From: Mobula hypostoma | Taxonomy: Eukaryota | DNA: 64,000 nucleotides | Direction of reading: 5' to 3' | Assembly (NCBI RefSeq): GCF_963921235.1 | Contig: NC_086098.1 | Location: 235,848,001 to 235,912,000, forward strand | Program-made: the position numbers and the translations under genes | Shown: piece after piece, positions 36,201 to 48,900 of the stretch | How the letters are laid out: every line of letters begins with the position of its first letter | How positions within the stretch are numbered: position 1 is the stretch's first letter | The notes under the pieces: generated by a model | What the model was told of the DNA's origin: nothing | Databases searched by the model: none | Seen by the model: only the letters and a program-made list of their open reading frames with translations

Positions 36201-37494
36201 AAGGGTTATATGGCACGGAAGTTTGAGTGGAGCAAATTCCAGTCCTGGATACTATTGTTCGATATAATTGGAGCAAGAACTCAATACGTTTTTTCTTCTT
36301 CTTTAGCATTGGATAAATTCTAATAAAATCTTCTGTTTATGCAGGACATTCACTAGTTCCCACCTATTTTATTACGTTTTTTGTGACTCAACCTGAATCG
36401 TCACACATGTTGTTACTTTCATAAATCTCACCAGTTCAGGCCTATTGTATTCCTGTGTCTCAAGTACCTTGTTATCCCGTTAGCATTCCATTACCGTATT
36501 ATCGGTGAATATGCCGTATTGCTGCCTATTGAGGTCAACTATCTCTTGTCTCTCTCTACCTTCCCCCGCCTTCCCCTCTACCCAACCCTTCTCTTTTTCA
36601 GCCCACCTCTCGCTCTTTCTGTGCTCTGTTTCTCTCTTAATTTTTCTACCCCCCTCTCTCTCTTATTGTTCTTTGCTTATCACTTTATTGACAATTAGTA
36701 GATTCTCTTTAGCTGAGTTCCACTTAACATTCACTTGGACACCGCTAAAATCATTTTCCTTAATCTGCTATCACCCGTTATTGTTTCTGTGCGCGATTTG
36801 TATTTAAAATACAAATGCATTTGTACAATTCGGTACTCGCCTCTTCTCCGTCCTTCAAAAACATGGCGAACAAATGTTTTGTTCTGATCATTTCAGTTCT
36901 GAAAGGGCGGACACTTACTTCGAATGTGTGACATTTGTTTGAGTCGACGGTTAGATATATATTCGCTATGGGTGTATATATATCTAAATTAGCCAGAGGG
37001 TACTGAATATGAGGATGTTGTAGCCATATAGGGACATGCAGGCCGAATCCCTGGCTGGATTGAAGGCAGAGATTGATAAGTTATTGATTGTTCAAGGTTA
37101 CAGGGAGAGGACGGGAGAATGTGGCTGTGAAAATAAACGATGGAATGACGGAGGACACTTTGTGGGACGATTGTCCACATCTATTCCTGCATCTTATCGT
37201 CTGATATAACGGTAAGGAGATCACAATACTCCTTCTTCATATTTATAAAGTCCAGCAAATCCATCTGCTCATACACCATATCTTCTGGTTCACACATTTA
37301 ACTATGTGCATTCTATTTTAGGAACCAAGCAGATTTATGAGATATAATTTGACTTTGAGAATTCTAGAGCAGCTTTTGTTAATTTGTATTTCACTCTCCG
37401 AGATACCATGTCAGCACTCTAGTATTGATAAACATATTGATTTCTCCCGCAGTACTGAGGTAAAATGTCACTTTTCTGTCTGCCTTCCCTGGCA

Positions 37495-37502
<8 letters not shown>

Positions 37503-37572
<70 letters not shown>
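37503..37572. repeat. (CT)n microsatellite, about 35 units
   Basis: Direct reading. Confidence 0.95.
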
Positions 37573-37577
<5 letters not shown>

Positions 37578-39749
37578 TCTCCCTTTTTCTATCGTCCACT
37601 TTCCACTCCCTCTCTTAAAGCGTGAGCTTAACTGTAGAAACATTCACAATTTGCAGCACCGAGACCGATTTACTGCACCATCGCTTACAGAACTTTGCGC
37701 AGAATGTCGTCAGCTCACGTTCATTTATTGTTTTCCAGTGCCAGATATTTCTAAATAAAAAAACAACATTTCTACTTTCTCCCGAGTACCTTTCTGCTCT
37801 GCTGTTGAACGTTTCTGGACGGTTTCCTGTCTATTGTTTCCGTGAAAGCAAACTCAGATCATTTGTTTATATCTCCGCCATTTCATTGCTTCAGTCTTTC
37901 CGGTCTCAGGACGTGCCTTCAAGCGATCTCGTTTTTTCCACCTTTCCCTCTTTTACTTATCATCTACATGTAAACTTCTTGTGTTTCTTCTAATACTTCC
38001 TACTCCTTTCAACTGGCATTTTTCTTTCCTTCATCAGTTTATTGAAGCTTTTTTGCTGGATTCCAGTTTCTACTTCTTCCGTCAATGTTAAAACACTTTT
38101 CCCTTCGTCCAATACTCTTCTTATCATTTCAGGCAATTCTGTTTGACCTTTGTGTCATTAAAATACACAGCGCCTGAAATCTGCTCTTCAATTCCTCAAA
38201 GAATGCAACATTTGCAATCCGTTATTTTACTTATGTCCACTCAAGCGAGAGATGTGGATTCCTGTTAATTAGGACATGTCGTTACAAGTACATGTTGGCC
38301 CAAGTAAGCAGCTACCCTGATTAACCGATGGTCCAGTTATCCGGAATCCGTATAGCAAACGGCTAAACCCAACATTCACGGGAATACAACTATTATCGAG
38401 TTCTCTTCTCCCTTCCCGTGTCGACCCGTAGATTCTCTCACTCCAGCGCCAACCTGCCATCCTTAGCTTTGGTCATAGAACTTCTGTCGATTCATCACTC
38501 CTCCAAGGTTTCTGCGCATTATAGTCCCGTGACCTCATGTTTGGCTGTGTTAACGGTCATCTGTCAGAGGTGTTCCGGATATTAGCAAACTGGTTTGAAA
38601 CACAATGCTTATCTATATTGCCACTATAATACTATATCGTTGGTAAATGTGATGATGGACTTTCTGTCCCATTTTATGGCAGAGCTATGGTGAATATGTC
38701 CTGATACACACCACTGTCGTCGCAGATGAGAGGAGTTATATTTAAAACATAATTGGACAAGCCAGTCTGATTGCACTCTGGCTCAGTTGCTCTCACAAGA
38801 CGAGGAAAGTCCTGCGTCAAGCGTCAGCTCGGTTGTGTTAATGATGTTGTTCCCCATTGCCACAATTCAGCTCTACAACATTTCTACGGCACAGGAGCCA
38901 TATTTCCGTTTATCGTAACCAGTCTGCATCAGAAATTCTTTCCAGAGCGAGTGGTTCCTCTTTCTCTAGCCCCAGAACTACCACTATCTGGCTAAGATCT
39001 TTGCATCCACTGCGCCTGAATATTTTATCCTCAGATTTAATTGCTGAACTAAAGGAGATTGTATTTGAGATGTTAAGCGGTGCGCTCTGGTTTATCGAAC
39101 CACCTTCCTTAACATATACCCTCTTTCCTTCGTTACATAGTTTTTAAGGTCCATCTTTCTGTCCAGCCTAGTCGAGTGCTTCCTTACGTGGTTTGTTGTC
39201 AATGTTTGATCAGTTCCAGCTGAAGTAAGTTGGTTCGCTCTGATTTCAAACTCAAGTTCAATTTCAAGCTTTTTTTTTTGGTCATCTGACTGTACATACA
39301 CCCAGCCAAAGGAAACAACGTTCCACCGAACCACTGCACACCCACAAAAACATATATCACACACAGCACATAAACAAGTAAGTTTGTAAAGCATAATTCA
39401 AAGTGCCTGTAGTGCGCAGTACAGGTAAACCGTAAGCAGTCTCGTACCCCGGCGATGAGACCTCGCTGAAACTTTGAGTGTTAGTAATGGATTTTTTGGA
39501 ATTTCCCCTCATAATCCCTTATAGGTTGGTGGATATTTAAAACGTTCTAAAGATAACCATTGATCCATGTCAATTTCAGTATGTGCAGAGTCCAGTTGCT
39601 TTATCTCTCCCCTCAAAGAGACGCTTACACAAGTCTATCTAGTAGACCGGCATGGCGCTGAAGTTCATGCGTGGGCCTGGGCTGCGAGCTGAGTCCCGCG
39701 GCAGCGGGTATAGGCCTGTTTAGGCTGAAATTGAAAATGAGAGGCGGCT

Positions 39750-40330
39750 TAAGACTATAAGACCATAACTCATAAGAGCAGAATTATGCTTTTCGATCTA
39801 TCGAGTCTACTCGCCATTCACTGATTGCTGATTTATTATCCTTTTCAATCCTATACTCCTGCCTTCTCCCTGTAACCTCTGACGCCCTTACTAATTAAGA
39901 ACCCAACAACCGCCGCTTTAAACATTCCAATGACTTGGCTCCTGCAGTCACAACGGCAATGAAGTTCACAGACTCACAACCCTCCGCCTAAAGAACTTTC
40001 TCCTCGTCTCGGTTCCAAAGGGACGTGCTTTTATTCTGAGATTCTGCCCCCTGGTCTTAGACTCGGCTACTATAGGGCACCATCCTCTCCAGATCCACTT
40101 TATCTAGTCCCTTCAATATTCAATACGTTCCAATGAGACACCCATCATCTCATTCTTCTAAACTCCAGAGAGTACATGCACAGAGATACAAGCGCTCTTC
40201 ATACGTTAACTCTTTCATTTCTCAGGCTCACTCTCATGAACTTCCTCAGAATCCCCTCCAGTACATCCCTTCTTTGATACGGAACCCAAAACTTTTTTGC
40301 TTACAATATTCTATGTTTGGTAAGCATTAT
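39750..40330 (-). mobile_element. CR1 3' fragment private to duplicate copy 1
   Basis: CR1-type 3' UTR and RT C-terminus in reverse; not seen in copy 2. Confidence 0.65.
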
Positions 40331-42289
40331 GGTGTAGAAAGTGGAGTTTCGACAAAATAGACGGCAAATAGGAGGCTACCTCCACCGTAGCGACACTGTA
40401 GTAGCGTCCTCATTTCCGGGAGTGTTGCCTCACTTTGGACAGAAATTATATATCCTTTTATCATTGGGTAGGGCTGTTATTTTTTGGGTTTCACTATTTA
40501 ATTGATACTCCGATCAGGAGGATATTGAAGTTAAAATAAACTCACGTAGTTCTGATGAATTGGGAATTGGCAGGTGCCGAAAAGGGAAGTTGTACTCGAG
40601 GGTCCGAAATGTGTTGTTTGAACTGGTATTGGGCTTCGAGGGCCGAATGTCAACCCTCTTCCCTTCTATATCTTTGTCTGAGTGCAGCTGGCTCGGGGAC
40701 GCGAACAGGGTTTAGGGGAGATGTGATCTGAGATCTTAAATCATTCCGTGATGAACTCGGACAGTTGCCTGTTCACCCAAACCAGACCCAGACACTGCTC
40801 AGTCCAATTAACCCAGCGCTGACGATGGTTCACATGTGGGTCAGCCTGTGTCTGCGAGTGACACTGTCGTAGATGTGGTCTCCGTCATTTCCCCGTGGGG
40901 ACCGGGACGGGGTTTGCACAGCCTTTATTTAGCTACAGTTACACAAATTGATGCTGTTTCTGTCTTGTTTGTTAAACAGTGCAGGTGGTGCGGTCACTGT
41001 GTCCCGGGGAGGGAGGGAAAGAACCGGCTGGTTATTTTAAAAATTCCATTGAGACAATGCAATTAGTGGCAAAGTCTTAGACATAGGTTTAATCGCTAAG
41101 ATGTACATATTTTCAAAAAAGAGAGAGGGTGATGAGTGGGTGCTGACGGTCACAACTCTGATAAATGCATAATAGTTAGCGGGTAGTCGGAATGAGATGC
41201 GTGTCCAGGGAAACTTTCGGAGGCCAGCCAAGTTGGATTCGACGGCCTGCAGCTTCTCTCATTCCTTGAAACTAAAGGCTGACACATGAACATGACGACA
41301 TGGAACGTATATATACATTCTTCTTAACACAGCCATTGCTAGTTACTGAAATGAACCATTTCTTTCATCACAAAGACTTGCACTAGTTACCACAGGAGAA
41401 AGAAGCAATCTATGAAATTTCTTAAAGTGATTACATTCCTGGACACATAAACGGTGAACGAAACACCAGTGGGCTCCTGGAATCCGCTCCTCTTTTCAAC
41501 ACGTTTATGACTGAGGGTCGCTGTAGAACTGTCTGGCTTTATTCTCCTGTCCTTGGAATCTCTCGGTGTCAAAGCACCTGTCGATTCCCTTCTGCAACTT
41601 TGCTAGTGATTAAATATCAGCAGATCTCTGGGAGGAAGGCAGAGAGTCCTCAGTTTCACATCGTATGTACTTTGTTAGTGAATTCAGTATCCTGACTTTC
41701 AAAGTATTTGTCTCTTATTTTTCTTAGTTGCGAAGACTTAGGCGCGTCCCTCTCAGTACCTGCTCACGGGTCAACCCTCTCGTCCAGAGAACACAGTCTC
41801 CATAGCGAGTGTAAGATTTCATTCAAAAAACAGACCTGTTTACAGTACACAGACAGTCTAACCTCGGGCCAGTGGAGATTCAGCAGGCACTGCACCCTTT
41901 TGAAATCTCACCACCTTGCAAAAGACCAACATTTCCACTTCACTACTTTCTTCACCTAATGTTAAAGTTATATGCCTAATGAGACAGCATCCAATAACTG
42001 GGAACTGGGGGCAGACGGTGTGGGGGGCGGGGGGACGTTTGTTTCATTCTTCTTAACACATCTTTTGCTATGAACTGAAATGCACAATTTCATTAATGAC
42101 AAGCACTTGCAGTAGTTACCATACCAGATAGAAGCCAGCACAGCTCAGACCGTACAACATTAGAGCATAGGATACAGGAACAGAAATCGGCCATTCGGCT
42201 CATATAGTCTGTTCTATCGTTCCATCATGGCTGTTGTATCATCAAAGTTCAAACTAAATTTGTTATCGAAGTAGATATGCAACCCTTGG

Positions 42290-44170
42290 ATTGTCTTGAG
42301 GGAGTTCATGGCGACTGAACACGTGTTGAACCATGAGTGTCACGGCCTGGTGTGGGCTGAGGGAGGACAATGATGTGGGCAGCCTTGGAAAATCGATCCA
42401 CAACGACCAAAATGGTGTTGCATCCTTTGAGGGGGGCGGCCCGGTGATGAAATCTACTGAGGTGGGACCAGGGGGTGGGGTGGGACACAGGCAGTGGACA
42501 GAGCAGACCCGCAGGACGCTGGTGTGACGTCTTGTTCCGAGTGCAGGTACGAAAAGCAGATACAAAGTCTTGGACACCCTGGAACGGACATGGCCCCCAA
42601 AATTATCTTTTTATAAACTCCTGCGTCCGTTGAATTCCCGGTTGTTCAGCCAGACGGGAGGAATGACCCCATTGCAGCACTTTGGAACGCATCGCAGCAG
42701 GGACAAGCAGCTGGCTGTCAGGCCCCGCATCTGGGCATGGGTCCTACTGTTGGCCGGCTCTCACCTAGATCACCGGAACAGCAATACCCAAGCGAGGATC
42801 AATGGCACCTGGATCAGCATTATCCTCATATCCGTCAGGAGAGAGCGTCAGCTTGTTATTCTAGCTTCCTGGACGATAAGGAAAACTGGAATTAAACCGT
42901 ATGAAGAGAGAGACCTCCTGGCTTGTCGAGATTGGGTCTCTTTGAATGCTCAACGCAGGAGAGGTTCTTCTGATTTCTCTACAGCAAGAAAGGATCCTCT
43001 GCCCCCTCCAGCCAGTGTGTCATTCTTCGAGGGTCTCCTTGGCAACCAGAAGTTTCCGGTTCCAAACATCGCGGTTCTTCTCGGCTGTAGTCAAGCGACG
43101 GGAAAGGAAGGGCCAAGGGTGCAGCCGGCTCTCCGCAGAAGAGCGCTGAGCGAGGACATGCCGCCACCCGATGCATCCACCTCGACTGTGAACGGCTGTG
43201 ATGGGTCTGGGTTTTGCAGAATTGGGGCAGTGGTGAAACGTCGCTTTAACTCCGAAAATGCATGCTCGGCACCGTCTGTCCAGAAGAATCCTACCAAGAT
43301 CTTTCTGGTGAATACAATTATGAGACCCGCGATAGGGCCGGCTGGTGCGTAGTGGCATCAGCGCCGGACTTCGGAGCGAAGACTGCCGAGTTCAAATTCA
43401 GCCGGCCCCCTTGTTCGCTTTCCATCCGTGCTGGATTGAGCGTCGAGCTAGCAACTCGACCGCGTAAAAATAAGAAAGCCTACTTAAAAAACGCCATCAC
43501 GGCGGCGTCCCGATGACTCCACTCGGAGTTAAGGGCTTTCTTCTGCTTCTTCAATTATGAGGCCCGCGATAGGGCCGAAATGCCGTATGAAGTTCGCAAG
43601 CCCAAGGATGCACCGTATCTGTTTGACTGTAGATGGTCTGGGCCACTTTGTAACTGTCTGAATTTTACAAGCTTCCATTTGAGCACCTCATGGGGTAAAG
43701 ATGCAGTCCTAAAACGATATAGGGTCTTTACGGATCTTTCATAGGCTCCTTCGTGGACTAGTTGCTGGGTGGTGTGGGGAGGGTGAAGGCGAAGATTAAT
43801 CAGATCATCCAGACTATCCTGTTCGTCCGGAACAGCGATCTCGTGCCTCACCCCTGAGCTCAGTTCATCCTGGAGGTCAGTGATGTGTGATCTCTCATTC
43901 TAACCCGTCTCTACTCTACGCGTGAGGAATTTGACTGCATAGGCTCTCACAGTCCCTCTGCCTTGGCGCAATCCAAGAGTACGTGGGCAACCTTCTGACC
44001 TCGTGGTGGAAGGTCAAATACACTCCTTAACTTTGTAACGAAATGTCGGCATTACTGGGCTGCGGGGTATCCTCGCTCCCAAAAACCGTTGAACCGTCTG
44101 AGTAGAGGTCTATCTGGGAGATTGGCCATGAACGCGAGTTTTCGCGCAAAATGACCAGGATGGGCTGAGA
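42290..44170 (-). mobile_element. Ty3/Gypsy (Tf2/Sushi-like) internal fragment A: gag remnant, RT-RNaseH connection, integrase
   Basis: [40 protein letters not shown]; PWSHLS.DFITG.P...ILVVVDRFSKAAH; frameshifted. Confidence 0.85.
43336..43551 (+). mobile_element. tRNA-derived SINE nested in Gypsy fragment A, with about 26-bp target-site duplication
   Basis: A-box tggtgcgtagtgg, B-box gagttcaaattc, 8-bp stem GGCCGGCT/AGCCGGCC, (TTC)-rich tail. Flanking repeats at 43315-43340 and 43552-43577 have 1 mismatch. Confidence 0.85.
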
Positions 44171-44179
44171 ATGTCAACT

Positions 44180-45650
44180 CCCATTGCACAGGGCCTATCA
44201 GCGGCGACAACAGAGCTCTACGTACTAAATAAAAGTACAGAAGGGATAAGCGGAGCGGTCATTGTCGCAGCAGGCGCGGGGAAGGCGTTGGATCTGTGTA
44301 AAGCGTCTGTCAATGTTTCCTTTTTAACTTTTTTTTCCTCTCTTTCAGTGCCATTTAAATGGTTGTGGTGTGTTTTTTGTGCCGGATGCTGGAGTCTTGG
44401 GAGACCCAGAGTTTCCCGTGGAACTACATCTGTGTGAAGTACATCAGGCTGCAGCTCATTGAAGACCGTGTTAGGGATCAGGAGCAGCAACTGGATGACC
44501 TACGTCCCGTACGGGAGATTGAGGATATAAGTGATCAAAGTTACAGGGCGTAGTAACCCCGAAGGTGCAGGAGCCGAGTAGCTGGGGTGACAGGAGAAAT
44601 GGAAATAGTCAGTTCGAGAAGAGGACCCCTGTGGCTATTCCCCTCAAAAACAAATATACTGCTTTGGATACTTTTGTGGGGGATGACCTCCCGGGAGAAT
44701 GCCAGGGCGACCGGGTTACAGCCACTGAGCATGGGTCCATGGTACAGAAGGGAAAGAGGGAGAAGAAGGGAGCGGTCGTGATAGGGGACTCCATAGTGAT
44801 GGAAACAGTCAGGAAGTTCTGTGTACGTGAACGGGACACCCTGTTGGTATGTTGCCTCCGAGTTGCCAGGGGCAGTGATGTTTCAGATCGCGTCCACAGC
44901 GTTTTGGAGAGGGATAAGGAACAGCCAGATGTCTTGGTACAAACTGGTATCAACGAGGTCCTGAAAAGAGAATTCAGAGAGCTTGGTAGAAAACTGAGAA
45001 GCAAGACATCCATAGTAGTAATTTCTGGATTGCTGCCAGTGCCACGCGCCAGTGATGGCAGAAACAGGATGACTTGGCAGATGCACGCGTGATTAAGAAG
45101 GTGAAGCAGGGGGCAGGGCTTCAGGTTCTTGGATAACTGGGATCACTTTTGGCGGAGATATGACCTGATCAAAAGTGACGGGTTGCTCCTGAACCCGAAG
45201 AGGACGAATATTCTTGCGGACAGGTTTGTTAAAGCTCTTGGGGAGGGTTTAAAGTAATTTATCAGGGGGTGGGAACCGGGCTGAAGGGACTCAGTATAGG
45301 AAGGATGGTAAAAAAGTAAAGATAGCGTGCAATCAGACTGTCAGGAAGGGCAGGCAGGTGATGGGACTAAGTTGCAGCCAGTCGGCTGAGTATCAAATCG
45401 TTCGGGTTCCAGAGTCAGAAAGGATAGCAAATACGGTACTCAAGGTGTTGTATCTAAATGTGCGTCGTATAAGAAATAAGGTGGATGATCTTGCTGAAGT
45501 ATTATAGATTCCCAGGTATGAGGTCGCGGCCATCACGGGATCGTGGCTGAATGTCCACGGTTACACGTTATATTGGAGGGATAGGAAGGTAGGCAGAGGG
45601 GGTGGTGTGGCTCTACTGCCAAAGAATGGCATCAAATCAGTAGAAAGAGG
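44180..45650 (+). mobile_element. CR1 LINE 5' part: ORF1 (zinc finger, coiled coil, SGNH-esterase-like) and ORF2 start
   Basis: CRMLESWE...NYICVKYIRLQL; AVVIGDSIV...CCL..A...DV..R; KVLYLNVRRIRNKVDDL. Confidence 0.8.
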
Positions 45651-46325
45651 TGTTTGTATTGAAAGACCCGGGATAGAATTCCAAATTGATCGAGAAAAGA
45701 AGGCAGGATAAGAGCAACTGATGTTCATATTCAACACAGAACACGTTGCATCCATTGCTTCTGTGTGCACTGGATGTGATCCATCCGTTGGTTTTTAAAG
45801 GGATTTCGATAAATTATTGATAATGTTCCACATGGAAGCTGGTTCAAGTGATTCAGTCCCTGAAAGTACCACATGAAGGCTAAAGTATCCAATATTTCCT
45901 TGGTGGGAGAAGCTAGAGAGCGGGAGTAGATGGTTGTCCTTCACACTGGCGAGCTGTGACTACTGGTGTGGACACAGGGATCAGTACTGAGTGGGTAAGT
46001 GCTTAGCATCTATATTAATAATTTACATGGCAATGTTGTCAACTGGATCAGCAATTTTGTGGATGACACCAAGATGGGGACGTAGTGAATAGTGAGGAAG
46101 GCTATTAAAGCTTGCAGCGTGATGTTGAGCAGCTGGGAAAATAGGCTGAAATATGGCAAATGGAATTTAAGTTAAAAAACACTTAAGAGGATCATAGATC
46201 GTAATGGTTGAGTGTGATATTGACCAAATGCAGGCAAATAGGACTAGGTTAGAGAGTCACTGGTAAGATGGCGGCGCGTTTTTAACAGTGGCCACTCCAG
46301 GTCCAATGAAAGACGTGCTTACTCG

Positions 46326-46493
46326 TCCAGCAACACACATAAAAGTTGCTGGTGAACGCAGCAGGCCAGGCAGCATCTCTAGGAAGAGGTGCAGTCGACG
46401 TTTCAGGCCGAGACCCTTGTCAGACTGCACCTCTTCCTAGAGATGCTGCCTTGCCTGCTGCGTTCACCAGCAACATTTATGTGTGTTGCTGGA
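46326..46493. repeat. 71-bp inverted repeat (69/71 identical) around a 26-nt hammerhead-ribozyme-like core; Penelope-type terminus
   Basis: Arms 46326-46396 and 46423-46493; minus-strand core C-TGAC-AA-GGG-TCTCGG-CCT-GAAAC-GTC. Confidence 0.8.
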
Positions 46494-46569
46494 ATTTCCA
46501 GCATCTGCAGAATTCCTGTTGTTTGCGTTTTTAAACTTACTCGTCCAGTACGTTTCTATTTTACGATCG

Positions 46570-47660
46570 CAAATTCATGTGACCATAAGATATAGGAACA
46601 GAATTGTGCCATTCGGCCCATCGAGACTGCTCCGCCATTTTGACATGGGTGATACTTTCGCAGTCTCAACCCCATTCTACTGCCTGCTCCCCGCCATCTG
46701 TGATTCCCTGATTAATCAAAAATTATCAACCTCCGCCTAACAATATACCAGATTAATTGGCCTGCATAGTCGTCTGCGGCAATAAATTCGACAGATTCAC
46801 CTTTCTCTGGCTAATGAAATGTTTCCTCATCTCTGTTCTAAATGGACGGCTTTCAAATCTGAGGCTGTGCCCTCAAGCCCAAGACAGCCCATGAGAGGAA
46901 AGTTCTTCCCCGCATCCACTTTATACAGAACTTTTAATATTCGATGAGTTGCAATGACAGTTCCCCCACTCACGATTAAATTTCGAAACTCTAGCGAGTA
47001 CAAACCTAGAGCTATCAAACGCTCCTCTTTCATTACTGGGATTCTTTTCGAAGTACCGATTAAGTTCATCTGCCATTTCTTTGTCTTCCATTGCTACCTC
47101 ACCAGTATCATTTTTCAGTGGTCTGGTATCAACTCTCACCTCCCTTTTACTCTTCATATAACTGCAAAAACATTTGGTATCCTGTTTTTTCAGTATTAGC
47201 CACTCTATTTTGTCGTTTCCCTTCTTATAGCTTTGTTCGTTGCCTTTTGTTAGATTTTCTCAATCATCCAATTTCCCACTCACTTTTGCCACCTTAAAAG
47301 CCAAGGCCCTTTGATGCAGTCCTTAACTTCGTTTGTCAGCCACGGTTGCTTACCTCTGCCAGCTGAGGACATACAGTATGTATCCTGCGCCTTGTGAATT
47401 ATTCCCAGAACTTCAGCCATCTCTACTCTGCCGTCATTCCCGCCGGTATCCTCCTCCAATCCATCCGGGTAAGCTTCTCTCTCATTCCTCTATAATTCCC
47501 TTTATTCCATTGCGATATTGATGTATGCGATTTATGCTTCTCCCTTCAAATTGTAGTATGAATTCAATCATATTATGATCACTACCCCATATGGGTTCTT
47601 TTACATTACCCTCCCTAATAAGATCTGGGTTTTACACAATACGCAATCTAAGATAGATAG
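46570..47660 (-). mobile_element. CR1 LINE fragments
   Basis: ERLIALGLYSLEFR; KSKREVRVDTRPLKNDTGEV...ELNRYF. Confidence 0.7.
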
Positions 47661-47699
47661 ACAGCGTAGAGGACGACTAGAGTTTATTGTGGGACGTTG

Positions 47700-48900
47700 G
47701 GTTTGAAGAAGCAAATCAGCGCAGGGTTGTCTCCGACTCCTGGCTCACTCTGTCATTCTGGCCATTTTATTGGGGGCGGAAACCAGATGAGAGGCGTGCC
47801 GTGGCTTCTACAGAGAACAGCAAACGTTCCAAAAGCGGGAAGTGAACAGTGGTCCACGATCAGCCATGTTGTCTTGAGGGAATTCATGGAGACTGAACAA
47901 AGGTTGAACCATGAGTGTGGCAGTCTCATGGCCTGATGGGAGCTGAGGGAGAGTAATGAAGTGGGCAGCCTTGGAAAATCGATCCCCAATGACCAAAATG
48001 GTAGTGCATCCATTGAGGGGGCAGCCCAGTGATGAAATCTACGGAGAGGTGGGACCGGGGGGTGGGGTGGGACGCAGGCAGTGGACAGAGCAGACCCGCA
48101 GGACGCTGGTGTGACGTCTTGTTCCGAGTGCAGGTACGAAAAGCAGATACAAAGTCGTGGACATCCTGGAACGGACATGGCCCCCAAAATTAAATCTTTA
48201 TAAACTCCTGCGTCCGTTGAATTCCCGGTTGTTCAGCCAGACGGGAGGAATGACCCCATTCCAGCAGTTTGGAATGCATCGCAGCAGAGACAAGCAGCTG
48301 GCTGTAAGGCCCCCGCATCTGGACCTGGGTCCGACTGTTGGCCGGCTCTCACCTATATCACCGGAACAGCAATACCCAAGCGAAGATCAATGGCGCCCGG
48401 ATTGGCATTATCCTCATATCCGTCAGGAGAGAGCGTCAGCTTGTTATTCTAGCTTCCTGGACGATAAGCAAAACTGGAATTAAACCGTGTGAAGAGAGAG
48501 CCCTCTTGGCTTGGCTGTGATGGGTCTGGGTTTTGCGGAATTGAGGCAGTGGTGAAACGTCGCTTTAACTCCGAAAATGCATGGTCGGCACCGTCTGTCC
48601 AGAGGAATCCTACCAAGATCTTTCTGGTGAATAAAATTATGAGACCCGCGACAGGGCCGAAATACCGTATGACGTGGCGATAGAAGTTCGCAAGATTCAC
48701 TGTACCTGCTTCACTGTAGATGGTTTGGGCCACTTTGTAACTGTCTGAATTTTAATAGGGTCTGTTTGAGCACCTGATGGGGTAAAGATACAGTCCCAAA
48801 ACGATACCTAGTCTTTACCGATCTCATATTTTTCGGGCCTGGCGTACAGGTTATTTTCGATGGGCCGTCTGAGACTCTGAGGATAGGCTAGGTGTGTTCC
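47700..48900 (-). mobile_element. Ty3/Gypsy internal fragment B (same family as A)
   Basis: [21 protein letters not shown]; VIGDRFSKAAHFITLPQLPS.HETA.LMVQ; long near-identical runs with 42290-43700. Confidence 0.85.

Larger units (their letters stand above)
28975..41820. repeat. Segmental duplication unit, copy 1 (paralogous to 52062-64000+)
   Basis: Colinear direct similarity from acaaaatctacagc..gatgaactgaa (about 28979 / 52064) to ccagagaacacagtctc (about 41800 / 63998). Confidence 0.9.

Noticed and set aside
40964-41001. RSS-like CACTGTG with a T-rich nonamer-like sequence 22 nt away
   Set aside because: The nonamer matches only 6/9, there is no adjacent V or J, and the heptamer is CACTGGG in copy 2.
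40836-41066. Similar small ORFs in both duplicates (also 62836-63030)
   Set aside because: The starts are frameshifted relative to each other, the ends differ and there is no recognisable domain. Nucleotide identity alone explains the similarity.
43336-43407. tRNA gene
   Set aside because: The tRNA-like head continues into a SINE body and tail with a TSD; there is no convincing cloverleaf.
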